Virus record (IMG/VR): IMGVR_UViG_3300028048_000042 | From: a virus | Taxonomy: Duplodnaviria; Caudoviricetes | Length of the DNA: 64,000 bases | Direction: 5' to 3' (one strand) | Shown here: piece after piece, positions 1 to 9,041 of the stretch | Layout of the letters: each line of letters opens with the position of its first letter | Position numbering within the stretch: position 1 is the stretch's first letter | Translations under genes and position numbers: made by a program | Notes under the pieces: model-generated | Seen by the model: only the letters and a program-made list of their open reading frames with translations | Databases searched by the model: none | Told to the model about the DNA's origin: nothing

Positions 1-8
1 TAAAGAAT

Positions 9-380
9 TTGATGGCGGCAACTAGCGGAGCAAATCATGTGGGCAAAATGAAAAATGGTGTCACTTGTAAGAAGGGCGATATTTTAAGTTATACCGCAGG
101 TGGCTATATTTTGGCTAGTAATAATGATATTAATAAGGCTGACAATATTGTGGTTGCGACAAGTGATAGTAATTCATCAGGGGACGTAGATGTATCACAG
201 GCGATTACGGTTGTAACGACAGATACAAGTCATGATGGACAGACAGTATATTTGGGTGTTAATGGTAAGTATACTTTTGATGCTCCCACGGCAAAAAATA
301 CAATAATCAAGCAAATAGGATTTTTTGAGAAAAATAAATTTGTTTTTAATGGACTGGGATATTCATTTATCAATAAATGA
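9..380 (+). CDS. putative virion structural protein (possibly 5'-truncated by window edge)
   Basis: ORF whose frame is open back to the window start; Gly/Thr-rich beta-type composition; followed by a terminator. Confidence 0.5.
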   Translation: MMAATSGANHVGKMKNGVTCKKGDILSYTAGGYILASNNDINKADNIVVATSDSNSSGDVDVSQAITVVTTDTSHDGQTVYLGVNGKYTFDAPTAKNTIIKQIGFFEKNKFVFNGLGYSFINK

Positions 381-382
381 TA

Positions 383-414
383 AAAATAGCAGATTTTTGT
401 CTGCTATTTTTTTA
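383..414 (+). terminator. intrinsic terminator
   Basis: aaaaatagcaga-loop-tctgctattttttt hairpin with T-tract. Confidence 0.8.
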
Positions 415-460
415 CAGAAAATGTATGTTTTTATTAGATTCAATAAAGGAAGTGATTTAG

Positions 461-892
461 GTGGCAGTTACACCAAATGAATATATCAATATATATAAAG
501 GCACTGTGACAAAAGGTGCACAGGATGGCACGTTGGTTAGTCAGAATGATATTCAAACAGACCCATTGGAAGTAGATTTGGACGCTACGAACAATGAGGT
601 AAAGTATATTAAATGTGCAATCAGAACGCAGAGTGGTTATAAGAGCAATCGTACTTCGATTAGTTTTGTTGGTCAAACACGAGATAAATGGCAGATTGCA
701 AAAGATGAAAATTTCAAAGATGAAGAAGATGCTAAAAAGAATGGGGTATTTAAAAGTACGTTAGTTACCACAGATGAAATTAATGACAAAAATACTATTT
801 TTTGGGTTAGAGTAAGTTCTTCAAATGATGAAAAACCTCGTAGAGATATTTCTGTTTCATTTAAGATTGATACATATATTGTAACCATTTGA
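461..892 (+). CDS. hypothetical protein, probable virion/tail-associated
   Basis: GTG start with aagga SD; 143 aa beta-rich ORF. Confidence 0.6.
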   Translation: MAVTPNEYINIYKGTVTKGAQDGTLVSQNDIQTDPLEVDLDATNNEVKYIKCAIRTQSGYKSNRTSISFVGQTRDKWQIAKDENFKDEEDAKKNGVFKSTLVTTDEINDKNTIFWVRVSSSNDEKPRRDISVSFKIDTYIVTI

Positions 893-903
893 GGTGATTT
901 GTA

Positions 904-1869
904 ATGAGTATTCTCTATGTAAATTCAGGTTACAAATCCCTTTTGCAGGATTACAACATGAATTGTTATGAGGGTGTTAATGAACAATTTGCCAAATGTA
1001 AAAATTATTTAGTCCCTTTGGATTACAAAAATTGGTATACCGTATATTCAAATGAAAGAATGAAAGAATGGTATGTACGATTTAACATCTATACAAATTT
1101 AACCAATAAGCCATACAACGATTATGAAGGTTTTTTAAGAATTAGCACTTTAGGTAAGCATTTAATGTTAAGTATTGATTCTATGGGTAAATTAGTTTTG
1201 AGTGTAGAGATTGGTGAAGAATCTACTGAATTAGTTCGATTACCATTTGAATTAGATACTATAAATTCATATGAATTGCATTTGCATTCAAAAGCGAATG
1301 ACCGTGAAATTATTGAATTAAAATGCGGCGAAAAGGTTGTATATAGAAATTTAGCCAACGGAATTTATAATTATTTTGGTCATAGTGAACCATATAAAGT
1401 ACAAATAAAAAATATTGTTTATTTACCAAATGAAGAAAATTATCGTTTTGGTATGGCACTTTCAAACTTTATCGTTGGAGATACCCCCATTGGAGATTTA
1501 GTGGTTCAAGAATTAGACACAAATGTAACTTCAAATTGGAATTACTCAAAAGGTGAATACAAAACGGCAACTGATGGTAAAGAAATTGTTCAAACAATTA
1601 AAGACAAAACCGTTTTGTCTGATATAGAAAACAACGATAATATTATTTGTGCAGTTGCAATTGTAGCAGAACATGCAAAAACAGATACAAAAAATACAAA
1701 ATTATCTTTCGGCGTAGATGATTTCAATAACAATGAAACATTTTTAACAGAAGATTTTGATAAAGGTTACGAATCTGAAATTATGGAAACAAATCCTGTA
1801 GAAGGATTATTTTGGGATTATGATAATATAGATAAGAAATTTAAAATAAAGAGTGGGGGATATACATGA
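904..1869 (+). CDS. hypothetical protein, possible tail/receptor-binding beta-sandwich protein
   Basis: gaggtg SD; 321 aa ORF, coupled to neighbours. Confidence 0.55.
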   Translation: MSILYVNSGYKSLLQDYNMNCYEGVNEQFAKCKNYLVPLDYKNWYTVYSNERMKEWYVRFNIYTNLTNKPYNDYEGFLRISTLGKHLMLSIDSMGKLVLSVEIGEESTELVRLPFELDTINSYELHLHSKANDREIIELKCGEKVVYRNLANGIYNYFGHSEPYKVQIKNIVYLPNEENYRFGMALSNFIVGDTPIGDLVVQELDTNVTSNWNYSKGEYKTATDGKEIVQTIKDKTVLSDIENNDNIICAVAIVAEHAKTDTKNTKLSFGVDDFNNNETFLTEDFDKGYESEIMETNPVEGLFWDYDNIDKKFKIKSGGYT

Positions 1870-3020
1870 TTGAAAATTTAAAAAATCCCAAACTATTTAT
1901 TGTAAAAGGCAAAAATGAAGGTATTCGAGTTCAGGTCAATGTAGATACTTTACGTGTCGTTGGTAGAACAACAATTGCAAGAAATGATACTTTACGTATG
2001 ATTCATCGTACAGATTCGTTTTCTAGCGATACAGCTCGTAAGATTCACAATATGAATAACATTCAATTTGATACTAGGAGAAAAATCAATCGTCAAGAAG
2101 AATTGTACGTAGATACTTTTAGAATGGTAAAATCTTTGTTACCTGTATACAATCATTCTTTATACGTTCATTCTAAAACAGGTAAACCAATTGAATGTGT
2201 AATTTTTAGTAGTACAAAACTATTCCCTTACAAAGACAAATACATGCATGTGATATTGGACAATGGTGATACAGGCTATGTTCCATTAGCTCCTGTAGGT
2301 TCAGAGATGGATTCAGGATTAAGATATACAATGGATAATGGTGAAGTATGGCAAGTTTGTAGTAATGTAATTTACAATATTTTTGATACATTCCTTGTGG
2401 ATAGAAATTATTTCATTAATACTTTGAGTACGGATTACGTTTATCGTGCATTTAGAGCAATTTTTGGTGGTCATGTATCGAGACAAGGACGAGATATTTA
2501 CTTATTGACTCCACAGTTTGATTGTGGTGTGAGTAAATTATTTATGATTGGTGCAGATTTACGTATCACATGGATTGATGAAACAGAAACAGATTGGAGT
2601 AAGGGAATTACATTAACCACTTACAATAATGGTGTTTGTGATACAAGTTTTGGTGGTGATGAAAAATACAAAGCAAATGCAATGCTTGTTAAATTAGAAC
2701 CACGTAAAAAATACAAAATTACTTATTATGATTCATGTAAATGGACTTCATATACTCCTGATGAAAGGGTAAAGGGTTGCTTTATCATTGGTCGAGATGT
2801 TGAATCTTTGCCTGAAGAAAGCGCAAGTTATGAAAGTTTAGTAAAAACAGACAGCTATTGCACGTTGGATGAAAAAACCGATGTCATTCTTCATGCAAGC
2901 GAAAACACAGATGATTACTATTTTGATGCTTGGCAAATGAAAAATAATTGGTTGAAATACACCAATAGTCGTAGATGGTATCAATATTATGAAGGTAAAA
3001 AACTGAAATATACTGAGTGA
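1866..3020 (+). CDS. hypothetical protein with five approx 14-aa D-T-x-R repeats
   Basis: VDTLR, NDTLR, SDTAR, FDTRR, VDTFR in the N-terminal third; ATGA overlap with upstream gene. Confidence 0.6.
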   Translation: MIENLKNPKLFIVKGKNEGIRVQVNVDTLRVVGRTTIARNDTLRMIHRTDSFSSDTARKIHNMNNIQFDTRRKINRQEELYVDTFRMVKSLLPVYNHSLYVHSKTGKPIECVIFSSTKLFPYKDKYMHVILDNGDTGYVPLAPVGSEMDSGLRYTMDNGEVWQVCSNVIYNIFDTFLVDRNYFINTLSTDYVYRAFRAIFGGHVSRQGRDIYLLTPQFDCGVSKLFMIGADLRITWIDETETDWSKGITLTTYNNGVCDTSFGGDEKYKANAMLVKLEPRKKYKITYYDSCKWTSYTPDERVKGCFIIGRDVESLPEESASYESLVKTDSYCTLDEKTDVILHASENTDDYYFDAWQMKNNWLKYTNSRRWYQYYEGKKLKYTE

Positions 3021-3242
3021 TATAAAAATGACAACAAAAATTTTTGTTGTCATTTTTTTTAATACAAAACAATAAATTGTGTGATATTATTTTTTATTGC
3101 ATAATATTGGAGAATAAAAACAAAATACAAATATATTAAATATATTCTTAATATATTACCAAGGCAATATGACAATCTGTGAGGGATAATTTTGTATTTA
3201 GTATTTGGAAAATCAAAATAATTCATGGAGGTTTGAGTTTAT

Positions 3243-3602
3243 ATGGAATTAGGATTCGGAGTTCAAATTTTCCTTATTATCTTTCAAGCACTTGCGGCTA
3301 TGGTTACTGCTTATATCGGCATTCGTGTAAGGAGACATGATAGCGAGAAAGAGCAACAAAAGAAGGAAAAAGAGATTGAAGAAAAAGCGTTGAAGCATGG
3401 TTTGCAAGCAGTTCTTAGGGATAGAATTTTGCAGGCGTGTGCTTTGTATCAACGTAAAGGCTGTATTACAGTCTCACAGATGGATAATTTAAGTAATATG
3501 TATAACGCATATCACAATTTGGGTGGTAACGGAGTTGTGACAAATGTGTATTTACAGGTAATGGACTTGGAAAAGGATGTGGAAAGTAATGATGTGGTGT
3601 GA
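3243..3602 (+). CDS. holin-like / lysis-associated membrane protein
   Basis: N-terminal TM helix, coiled coil and Y-H-N-L-G-G-N-G motif typical of a common Bacillota phage holin-associated family. Confidence 0.6.
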   Translation: MELGFGVQIFLIIFQALAAMVTAYIGIRVRRHDSEKEQQKKEKEIEEKALKHGLQAVLRDRILQACALYQRKGCITVSQMDNLSNMYNAYHNLGGNGVVTNVYLQVMDLEKDVESNDVV

Positions 3603-3632
3603 ATAGAATAACTATTTTTTTTTCACCTTTAG

Positions 3633-3661
3633 TTTACACAAAATGCAAACAGACATATAAT
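3633..3661 (+). promoter_or_regulatory. sigmaA-type promoter (unit 1)
   Basis: TTTACA-17-TATAAT. Confidence 0.7.
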
Positions 3662-3667
3662 ATTAAT

Positions 3668-3781
3668 GTAAACATTTTACATATTTCCTTGATTATCTTG
3701 ATTTTTACAAAAAATTCGATTTGTGCAAAATAGTATCTTTCTACCTTTATCAACTGTTTTGTACAAATCGAAATTTTTTTT
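3668..3781 (+). ncRNA. candidate small RNA 1
   Basis: promoter, conserved 5' GUAAACAUUUU leader, long hairpin with UCUACCUUU loop, U-tract; no ORF. Confidence 0.5.
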
Positions 3782-3790
3782 GCAAATTAG

Positions 3791-3819
3791 TTATACAAAA
3801 ATGCAAATAGACATATAAT
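3791..3819 (+). promoter_or_regulatory. sigmaA-type promoter (unit 2, duplicate of unit 1)
   Basis: TTATAC-17-TATAAT inside an approx 60-bp direct repeat of unit 1. Confidence 0.6.
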
Positions 3820-3825
3820 AACAAT

Positions 3826-3921
3826 GTAAACATTTTATACATTTCTTTTTGATACAGGGTTCTGCATTAAATAATTGTTTTTCATCTACCTTTTTAACAA
3901 TTGTTTGACAGAACCCTTTTT
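3826..3921 (+). ncRNA. candidate small RNA 2 (paralog of sRNA 1)
   Basis: same 5' leader and UCUACCUUU loop; different stem sequence (agggttctg...cagaaccct) with U-tract. Confidence 0.5.
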
Positions 3922-3933
3922 CGTTAGGAGGAA

Positions 3934-4308
3934 ATGAAATTGAATATAGAAGATTTAATGAAAGCAAAATCTGACGGTGAACGTCATGATGATATGAAGG
4001 TTCAGGAAATGCTTGATGGTGAAACAAAAATTGAAAGCAATGAATTTGGAAGCACTATTAAGACTGAACAAGGTGATTTGAACATTCAAGGAAGACCACA
4101 GCAAATTCAAATCAATATACCACGTTGTGAGTTGTGTGGACGAATTGGTGACAAGCAACGACCTCTGTTTACAATAGATGGAGAAAAATATATCTGTAAA
4201 CCATGTTTGATTTATGGATTCAGAACTATGCTCTTAAATGGGGTAAATATGCCAACGATTGAGGAAATGAGTAATGAACAAGAAAAATTTGATGCCTATA
4301 AGTATTAA
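3934..4308 (+). CDS. C4 zinc-finger protein, ClpX N-terminal zinc-binding-domain-like
   Basis: CELCG...YICKPC resembles the ClpX ZBD pattern CSFCG...YICxxC; aggagg SD. Confidence 0.55.
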   Translation: MKLNIEDLMKAKSDGERHDDMKVQEMLDGETKIESNEFGSTIKTEQGDLNIQGRPQQIQINIPRCELCGRIGDKQRPLFTIDGEKYICKPCLIYGFRTMLLNGVNMPTIEEMSNEQEKFDAYKY

Positions 4309-4849
4309 GGTTCTTGATGTTTTAAAAGAGGAACAGATTCAAGATGAAGAAGTTCTTGAAGTGTTGAAAAATGTTTACAATAATATTGCCGCAGCTACAA
4401 GTTATTCCATTGATGTAGAAGAAATTTATTTTAATCTTCTAAAAGATACTGTTTGGTATAATCTTGAAAAAGGTTCGACCAAGACATTATCAAATTATGG
4501 TAGTAAATATATAACTTTTATGAATGCTTTTGAAGATGATAATATTATAAAAAATGAAGATATAGATTCTTTCTTGAAAAATTTGAAAGAAATTAAATCG
4601 AAGTTAAATGATAATAGCATTTTGGCTAGTTTGTCAGGTGCAGAAGATTTATTTGTTCAGACAACACCTGTATATTTCGTTGGACAAAAAGCAAAAAAGA
4701 AAAAAAATTCTGTAATTTGCAGAGCTGAAAATGCTATTGGGTCTTGCCATATGGAGAAGATTAAATTATTTTCTATTTTGGATGGATTCATTGAAAAGTC
4801 AGAAAAAGCATTACAAACAGGTGGATATATTGAAGTTAATTTCCATTAA
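4274..4849 (+). CDS. hypothetical protein
   Basis: 191 aa ORF with SD, overlapping upstream gene. Confidence 0.6.
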   Translation: MNKKNLMPISIKVLDVLKEEQIQDEEVLEVLKNVYNNIAAATSYSIDVEEIYFNLLKDTVWYNLEKGSTKTLSNYGSKYITFMNAFEDDNIIKNEDIDSFLKNLKEIKSKLNDNSILASLSGAEDLFVQTTPVYFVGQKAKKKKNSVICRAENAIGSCHMEKIKLFSILDGFIEKSEKALQTGGYIEVNFH

Positions 4850-4862
4850 ATAGGTGATGTAA

Positions 4863-5183
4863 ATGGCTAAAACAGCTAGAAAAGGCGATACGATTAAAAT
4901 TTCTTGTCCACACGGAACGCAAGTAGGAATTATTACTTCAGGTTCAACCACAAGGGCTGTTGACAATATTCCGTGTGCTCGATTGAGTGACAATGCAATT
5001 TGTTGTTCTTGTGGCGGTAGTGGAAATATAATTACAGGTAGTAATACAAACGTTACTGATAATTTGGCAGTAGCTAGGGTGGGCGACCAAGAAATAGGAA
5101 CATGTCAACCAGGTTGTAAAACGTGCAATCATACTCATAACGGAGAAATTAAACAAGGAAGCCACACAGTATTTACAGATTAA
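4863..5183 (+). CDS. PAAR-repeat baseplate spike tip protein
   Basis: TARKGD, PCARLSD, AVARVGD repeats with GS turns and Cys/His zinc ligands. Confidence 0.85.
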   Translation: MAKTARKGDTIKISCPHGTQVGIITSGSTTRAVDNIPCARLSDNAICCSCGGSGNIITGSNTNVTDNLAVARVGDQEIGTCQPGCKTCNHTHNGEIKQGSHTVFTD

Positions 5184-5193
5184 GGAGATTAAT

Positions 5194-5412
5194 ATGACAA
5201 AAGAGATGGCTGAAGAATTAGGATTACAAAAATATATTTTTGGTGAGGGTTATTGTAATGAAATTCTTGAAGTTAAAGCAGGTGGCTATGTAAAATGGTA
5301 TGACCGTGATAAGGACTGTGTTATTGAAGGTCATATCTCTGAATTCGATGGCGACCAAGTTTTTGTTACAGATGGGAAAGGGTATGAAAAGTGCTTTCCT
5401 GTGGAAATGTAA
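5194..5412 (+). CDS. hypothetical protein
   Basis: aaggag SD, 72 aa. Confidence 0.65.
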   Translation: MTKEMAEELGLQKYIFGEGYCNEILEVKAGGYVKWYDRDKDCVIEGHISEFDGDQVFVTDGKGYEKCFPVEM

Positions 5413-5427
5413 GAGGAAAGATGTAAA

Positions 5428-5607
5428 ATGACAAGAAAAGAATCAATTTTAGAAGAATTAAAAAATGATGATGAAAAACTTATTCTTCTTTTAGCTTTGG
5501 CTACTTGTTATAAAGATGTGCTTGAAAAAGCGAAGAAGGATGAAGAATATAAAGATGTTCTTGAAGAAAAAATCAAGGAATTAAATGAAGAAATTGGTGA
5601 AGGTTGA
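5428..5607 (+). CDS. small coiled-coil hypothetical protein (not in ORF track)
   Basis: 59 aa ORF MTRKESILEELKND... filling the gap, agagga SD. Confidence 0.6.
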   Translation: MTRKESILEELKNDDEKLILLLALATCYKDVLEKAKKDEEYKDVLEEKIKELNEEIGEG

Positions 5608-5613
5608 GTTAGT

Positions 5614-6135
5614 ATGCTAGTAGTAAATTTTTTTGCAGGAGCAGGTGCAGGGAAGAGCACAATTGCTTCAGAAGTGTTTTGGAAATTAAAAAAACTTGGT
5701 TATTCAACAGAATTGGTTGGTGAATATGCCAAAGAAGCCATTATTAAAAATAATCTTGAGGATTTAAAAGACCAAGTTTATTTATTTGCACAACAGCTAC
5801 ACCGTTTACGCTGTATGGAACAGAGTGGTGTTGAGGTTGCTGTTTGTGATAGTCCGTTGCCATTAGGTTTAATTTATCAAACAAATGAAACTGAAATTTT
5901 TGAGCAATTTGTTTGGAGTGAATTCAATCGTTTCCATAATATGAATTATTTTTTGGAACGAATTGATGGTTTTTGGAAACCTGATAATCGCATGGGTACT
6001 GAAAAAATTGCAAAACAAAATGATAAATTAATCAAAGAACTTATTATTGAAATTCCGTTTAAGAAGATTTCTCCTTTTAATGGCGATATTGTTGTTCGTG
6101 ATGTAGAGAAGGAAATTCATAATGTCGAAATTTAG
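5614..6135 (+). CDS. P-loop nucleotide kinase (NadR/AAA_28-like)
   Basis: GAGAGKST Walker A, EYAKE and VCDSP motifs. Confidence 0.75.
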   Translation: MLVVNFFAGAGAGKSTIASEVFWKLKKLGYSTELVGEYAKEAIIKNNLEDLKDQVYLFAQQLHRLRCMEQSGVEVAVCDSPLPLGLIYQTNETEIFEQFVWSEFNRFHNMNYFLERIDGFWKPDNRMGTEKIAKQNDKLIKELIIEIPFKKISPFNGDIVVRDVEKEIHNVEI

Positions 6136-6958
6136 TAATTTTATGATTGCATATAGTGATATGCAAAGAGAAAAAAAATTACAAATCACTCCATCAAATA
6201 GTAAACAGTTTGGTTGGAAAATTGGTGTAAACGCTAAAGCTGCATTTGAAAAACATTTAGATGAACAAGGTGACGTAGAATTTGAACCTGAAGTAAAAGA
6301 AAGGTTTAAAAATATGTTCACTAAGGGAAATGAAATGATGGCAGTAAATGTTATCAGCAATCCAAGTGGTAGTCGTGCTAATAAAGTTGTTTTGTATAAA
6401 ATCAAGGCAAAAAAAGAAAGTGCGACAATTAAAGATGTTAGCTTTAAAGGACAAAAAATTTTACATTCTTGTCCAATTGTAACTGACCCCCAAGGGGGAA
6501 AATTTACTTGGAAATATGGATTAAATTCCAATTGTATCACTATTAAAGATAGTGTAAATGTGTATGTCGATGAAGCAGGTAAAGGTAATGGTACTTTTGC
6601 AGATGAAGATAAAGGCGTTGCTGTAAATGGTACAATAAATTATCAAACAGGCGAAATTAAAATTCACAGAATGAGCGACCATAATGAACAGTTGGCGTTA
6701 AGATTTGAAAAAGAATACAATGAAATTCTTAATATGCAAACATCTGCTTTGACAGGCAGTGGTGGTTCAGGAAGTGGAGGTAGCTCTAGTAGTGGGTCAT
6801 CTTCTAGTGCAAGCCAATCCATTGGTGATGCATTGAATAAAAAACATGGATATTATGACAAAGATAATTTTGAAATTAGTTACACTGCGTTTTATGACCC
6901 TGTAAAAATTATTTGGGAATATGATATAACCGCAGATGATGAAAGTGAGGAAAATTAA
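6122..6958 (+). CDS. putative virion (baseplate/sheath-associated) protein
   Basis: GTINYQTGEI motif common in myophage structural proteins; Gly/Ser linker. Confidence 0.5.
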   Translation: MSKFSNFMIAYSDMQREKKLQITPSNSKQFGWKIGVNAKAAFEKHLDEQGDVEFEPEVKERFKNMFTKGNEMMAVNVISNPSGSRANKVVLYKIKAKKESATIKDVSFKGQKILHSCPIVTDPQGGKFTWKYGLNSNCITIKDSVNVYVDEAGKGNGTFADEDKGVAVNGTINYQTGEIKIHRMSDHNEQLALRFEKEYNEILNMQTSALTGSGGSGSGGSSSSGSSSSASQSIGDALNKKHGYYDKDNFEISYTAFYDPVKIIWEYDITADDESEEN

Positions 6959-6961
6959 AAA

Positions 6962-7171
6962 ATGACTATTCGTACACAAATCTTTGAATATAACGACAAG
7001 AAGCGCATTAACAGTTCTGCTAAGAAGCATAATGTTATGGCTGCAGAAAATGGCAGAAATGTAGCACTAATTGGTGAAGCAAACGATGTTTATGCTGTGC
7101 TTGATAGTTGCTTTGGACAAGGAAATTATCATTGTCGTTTAGACGGAGATATTTTGTTAGTCAATTTGTAA
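6962..7171 (+). CDS. hypothetical protein
   Basis: gagga SD, 69 aa. Confidence 0.6.
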   Translation: MTIRTQIFEYNDKKRINSSAKKHNVMAAENGRNVALIGEANDVYAVLDSCFGQGNYHCRLDGDILLVNL

Positions 7172-7182
7172 GGTGATTTTTT

Positions 7183-7611
7183 ATGGCATTAAATATGGAT
7201 AAATTTTTAGATGATGATAATATTATCACTAAAGATGAAAACGTAGAAGATGTGGAATTAGATTTTGAGGATAATACAGAGGAAGAACCTGAGGTGGAAG
7301 TTGTAAAACCAAAACCGAAAAAAAGAAAGATTCCAAAATCTTCTACACCAAAGAAGAAAGAGGAAAAAGTTGAGGTCGTTAAATCTGCAATTAAGTCGAG
7401 GAAAGAAATTATTGCAGATTTAATTAATCGTTATCAAGAACAAAAAATTGTTAAAGAAGTTGAGCTAGATATGAACCATTATTTATATAATAATGGTGGT
7501 GGAAATGACATTCGCAATCGCTGTGAACTTGTTATTAAAAATCTTGCTAATGACATTCGTACTATTGAACAAAAAATTAAGTTCTTGCAAGAAAAATATA
7601 AAGCGGAGTAA
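7183..7611 (+). CDS. hypothetical protein (acidic/basic blocks plus coiled coil)
   Basis: aaggtga SD, 142 aa. Confidence 0.65.
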   Translation: MALNMDKFLDDDNIITKDENVEDVELDFEDNTEEEPEVEVVKPKPKKRKIPKSSTPKKKEEKVEVVKSAIKSRKEIIADLINRYQEQKIVKEVELDMNHYLYNNGGGNDIRNRCELVIKNLANDIRTIEQKIKFLQEKYKAE

Positions 7612-7615
7612 GATT

Positions 7616-8158
7616 ATGGAAAGTGCAACACACAAACGATTAAAATTAGTAGCTTGTGCGTTCTTAAAAAAATGTTGTGTAGATGTTGTATCAACAGAAA
7701 CACGTTTTCGAAATCTGCGTAGCATTGCAGATGCTTGTGGTATTAATTTAAAACGCAAAGAAGTTCGTGTAGTAGAAGCAAAAGCTACTTGGGAAGATTA
7801 CCGTAGAGATAGAAAATTGTTTAATGTGGATAAGTCTTATTATCCACATTGTAATTATTTTTATATTATCTGTCCTACAGGAGTTATCCCTAAAGATAAG
7901 GTATGTAAAGAATATGGTTTGCTATATGTAGATGAAGAAAATAACATTGAAGTGATTCAGAAGCCGATTAAGAATAGAAAACTCAAAACTCGTTTTGAAA
8001 CTACATTAAAAAATTCTTGTCGCAGTATTACAAATGATTTGATGTTTAAATTCATGAAAATTGCAAAGCATGTGAAAGGATTTAAGTATTATAATGATTA
8101 TGAAGAATATGATGATTGGCTTGATGAACAAGATGAAGCTGAAGAAGATTCTGAATAA
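7616..8158 (+). CDS. MmcB-like PD-(D/E)xK nuclease
   Basis: AD..G...VVEAK..W.DY..D.K...Y...CNYFY pattern; start reassigned to ATG 7616 after the ggag SD. Confidence 0.7.
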   Translation: MESATHKRLKLVACAFLKKCCVDVVSTETRFRNLRSIADACGINLKRKEVRVVEAKATWEDYRRDRKLFNVDKSYYPHCNYFYIICPTGVIPKDKVCKEYGLLYVDEENNIEVIQKPIKNRKLKTRFETTLKNSCRSITNDLMFKFMKIAKHVKGFKYYNDYEEYDDWLDEQDEAEEDSE

Positions 8159-8351
8159 AACTATGCTTTATGTAGTTTTGGTTGCTGTATTAACAGCTTT
8201 GTCAATGTTCTTGACAGCTACTTTTAACGTCATGCCATTAACATTTCAGTCAGCACTTGGTTGTATGTCATTTTGGGGATTAGTGTTCCTCAGTGAATTA
8301 TATGATTATTTTGAAAAAATTAGACAAAAAATTAAAAATGTGATTTTTTGA
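8094..8351 (+). CDS. small membrane protein (2 TM)
   Basis: two hydrophobic stretches; start uncertain. Confidence 0.55.
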   Translation: MIMKNMMIGLMNKMKLKKILNKTMLYVVLVAVLTALSMFLTATFNVMPLTFQSALGCMSFWGLVFLSELYDYFEKIRQKIKNVIF

Positions 8352-8390
8352 TAAAAAAAGTGTAGAAAAATGTGATAGGGGTTGTGTTAA

Positions 8391-8963
8391 ATGCAAATCT
8401 TTTGTTTAGTGGGGGCTTCAGGAAGTGGGAAAGATACATTATGTAATGAAATTGTTAAGCGACAATTGGCAAAACCTATTGTTACTTACACTACTCGTCC
8501 TATTCGACCTAATGAAGTAAACGGTCGAGAATATAATTTTGTAACGGACGAACAGTATTGCAATTTCAAACGACAAAATAAAATCATTGAAGAACGTAGT
8601 TACAATACAAAACATGGCGTTTGGCGGTATTTTGTTGCTGATGATGGGCAGATAGATGAATCAAGTAAGGAAAAATATGTTATTGTAGATTCTTTAGAAG
8701 GTGCTACATCATTAGTCAAAAAATATGGTTATCAAGTATGTGTTATTCACATTTATTTGGATGATGAAACGAGATTAATGCGTTGCATTAAAAGGGAAAA
8801 AGAAGGACGTAAGGATTATATAGAATTATGCCGTAGATTTTTCCATGATGCTGAAGATTTTTCAAAAGATAAATTTAAAAAATTGCTATATTGGATGGTC
8901 ATTGAAAATTATGATTTAAAAAAAGCAATGGACGATTTAACACAAGTTATTGAGGGATTTTAA
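8391..8963 (+). CDS. gmk: guanylate kinase
   Basis: GASGSGKDT P-loop; TTRPIRPNEVNGREYNFV signature. Confidence 0.9.
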   Translation: MQIFCLVGASGSGKDTLCNEIVKRQLAKPIVTYTTRPIRPNEVNGREYNFVTDEQYCNFKRQNKIIEERSYNTKHGVWRYFVADDGQIDESSKEKYVIVDSLEGATSLVKKYGYQVCVIHIYLDDETRLMRCIKREKEGRKDYIELCRRFFHDAEDFSKDKFKKLLYWMVIENYDLKKAMDDLTQVIEGF

Positions 8964-9041
8964 AAATCCCTCTTTTTTTATGCATATTTTTTTCGTAATA
9001 ACTTATATATTTTTTAGATTAAATAGAAAGGTACGGATAAA

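Noticed and set aside
3630-3921. Mini CRISPR array
   Set aside because: Only two imperfect units, each containing a promoter; the intervening sequences are self-complementary hairpins rather than spacers; no cas genes in the window.
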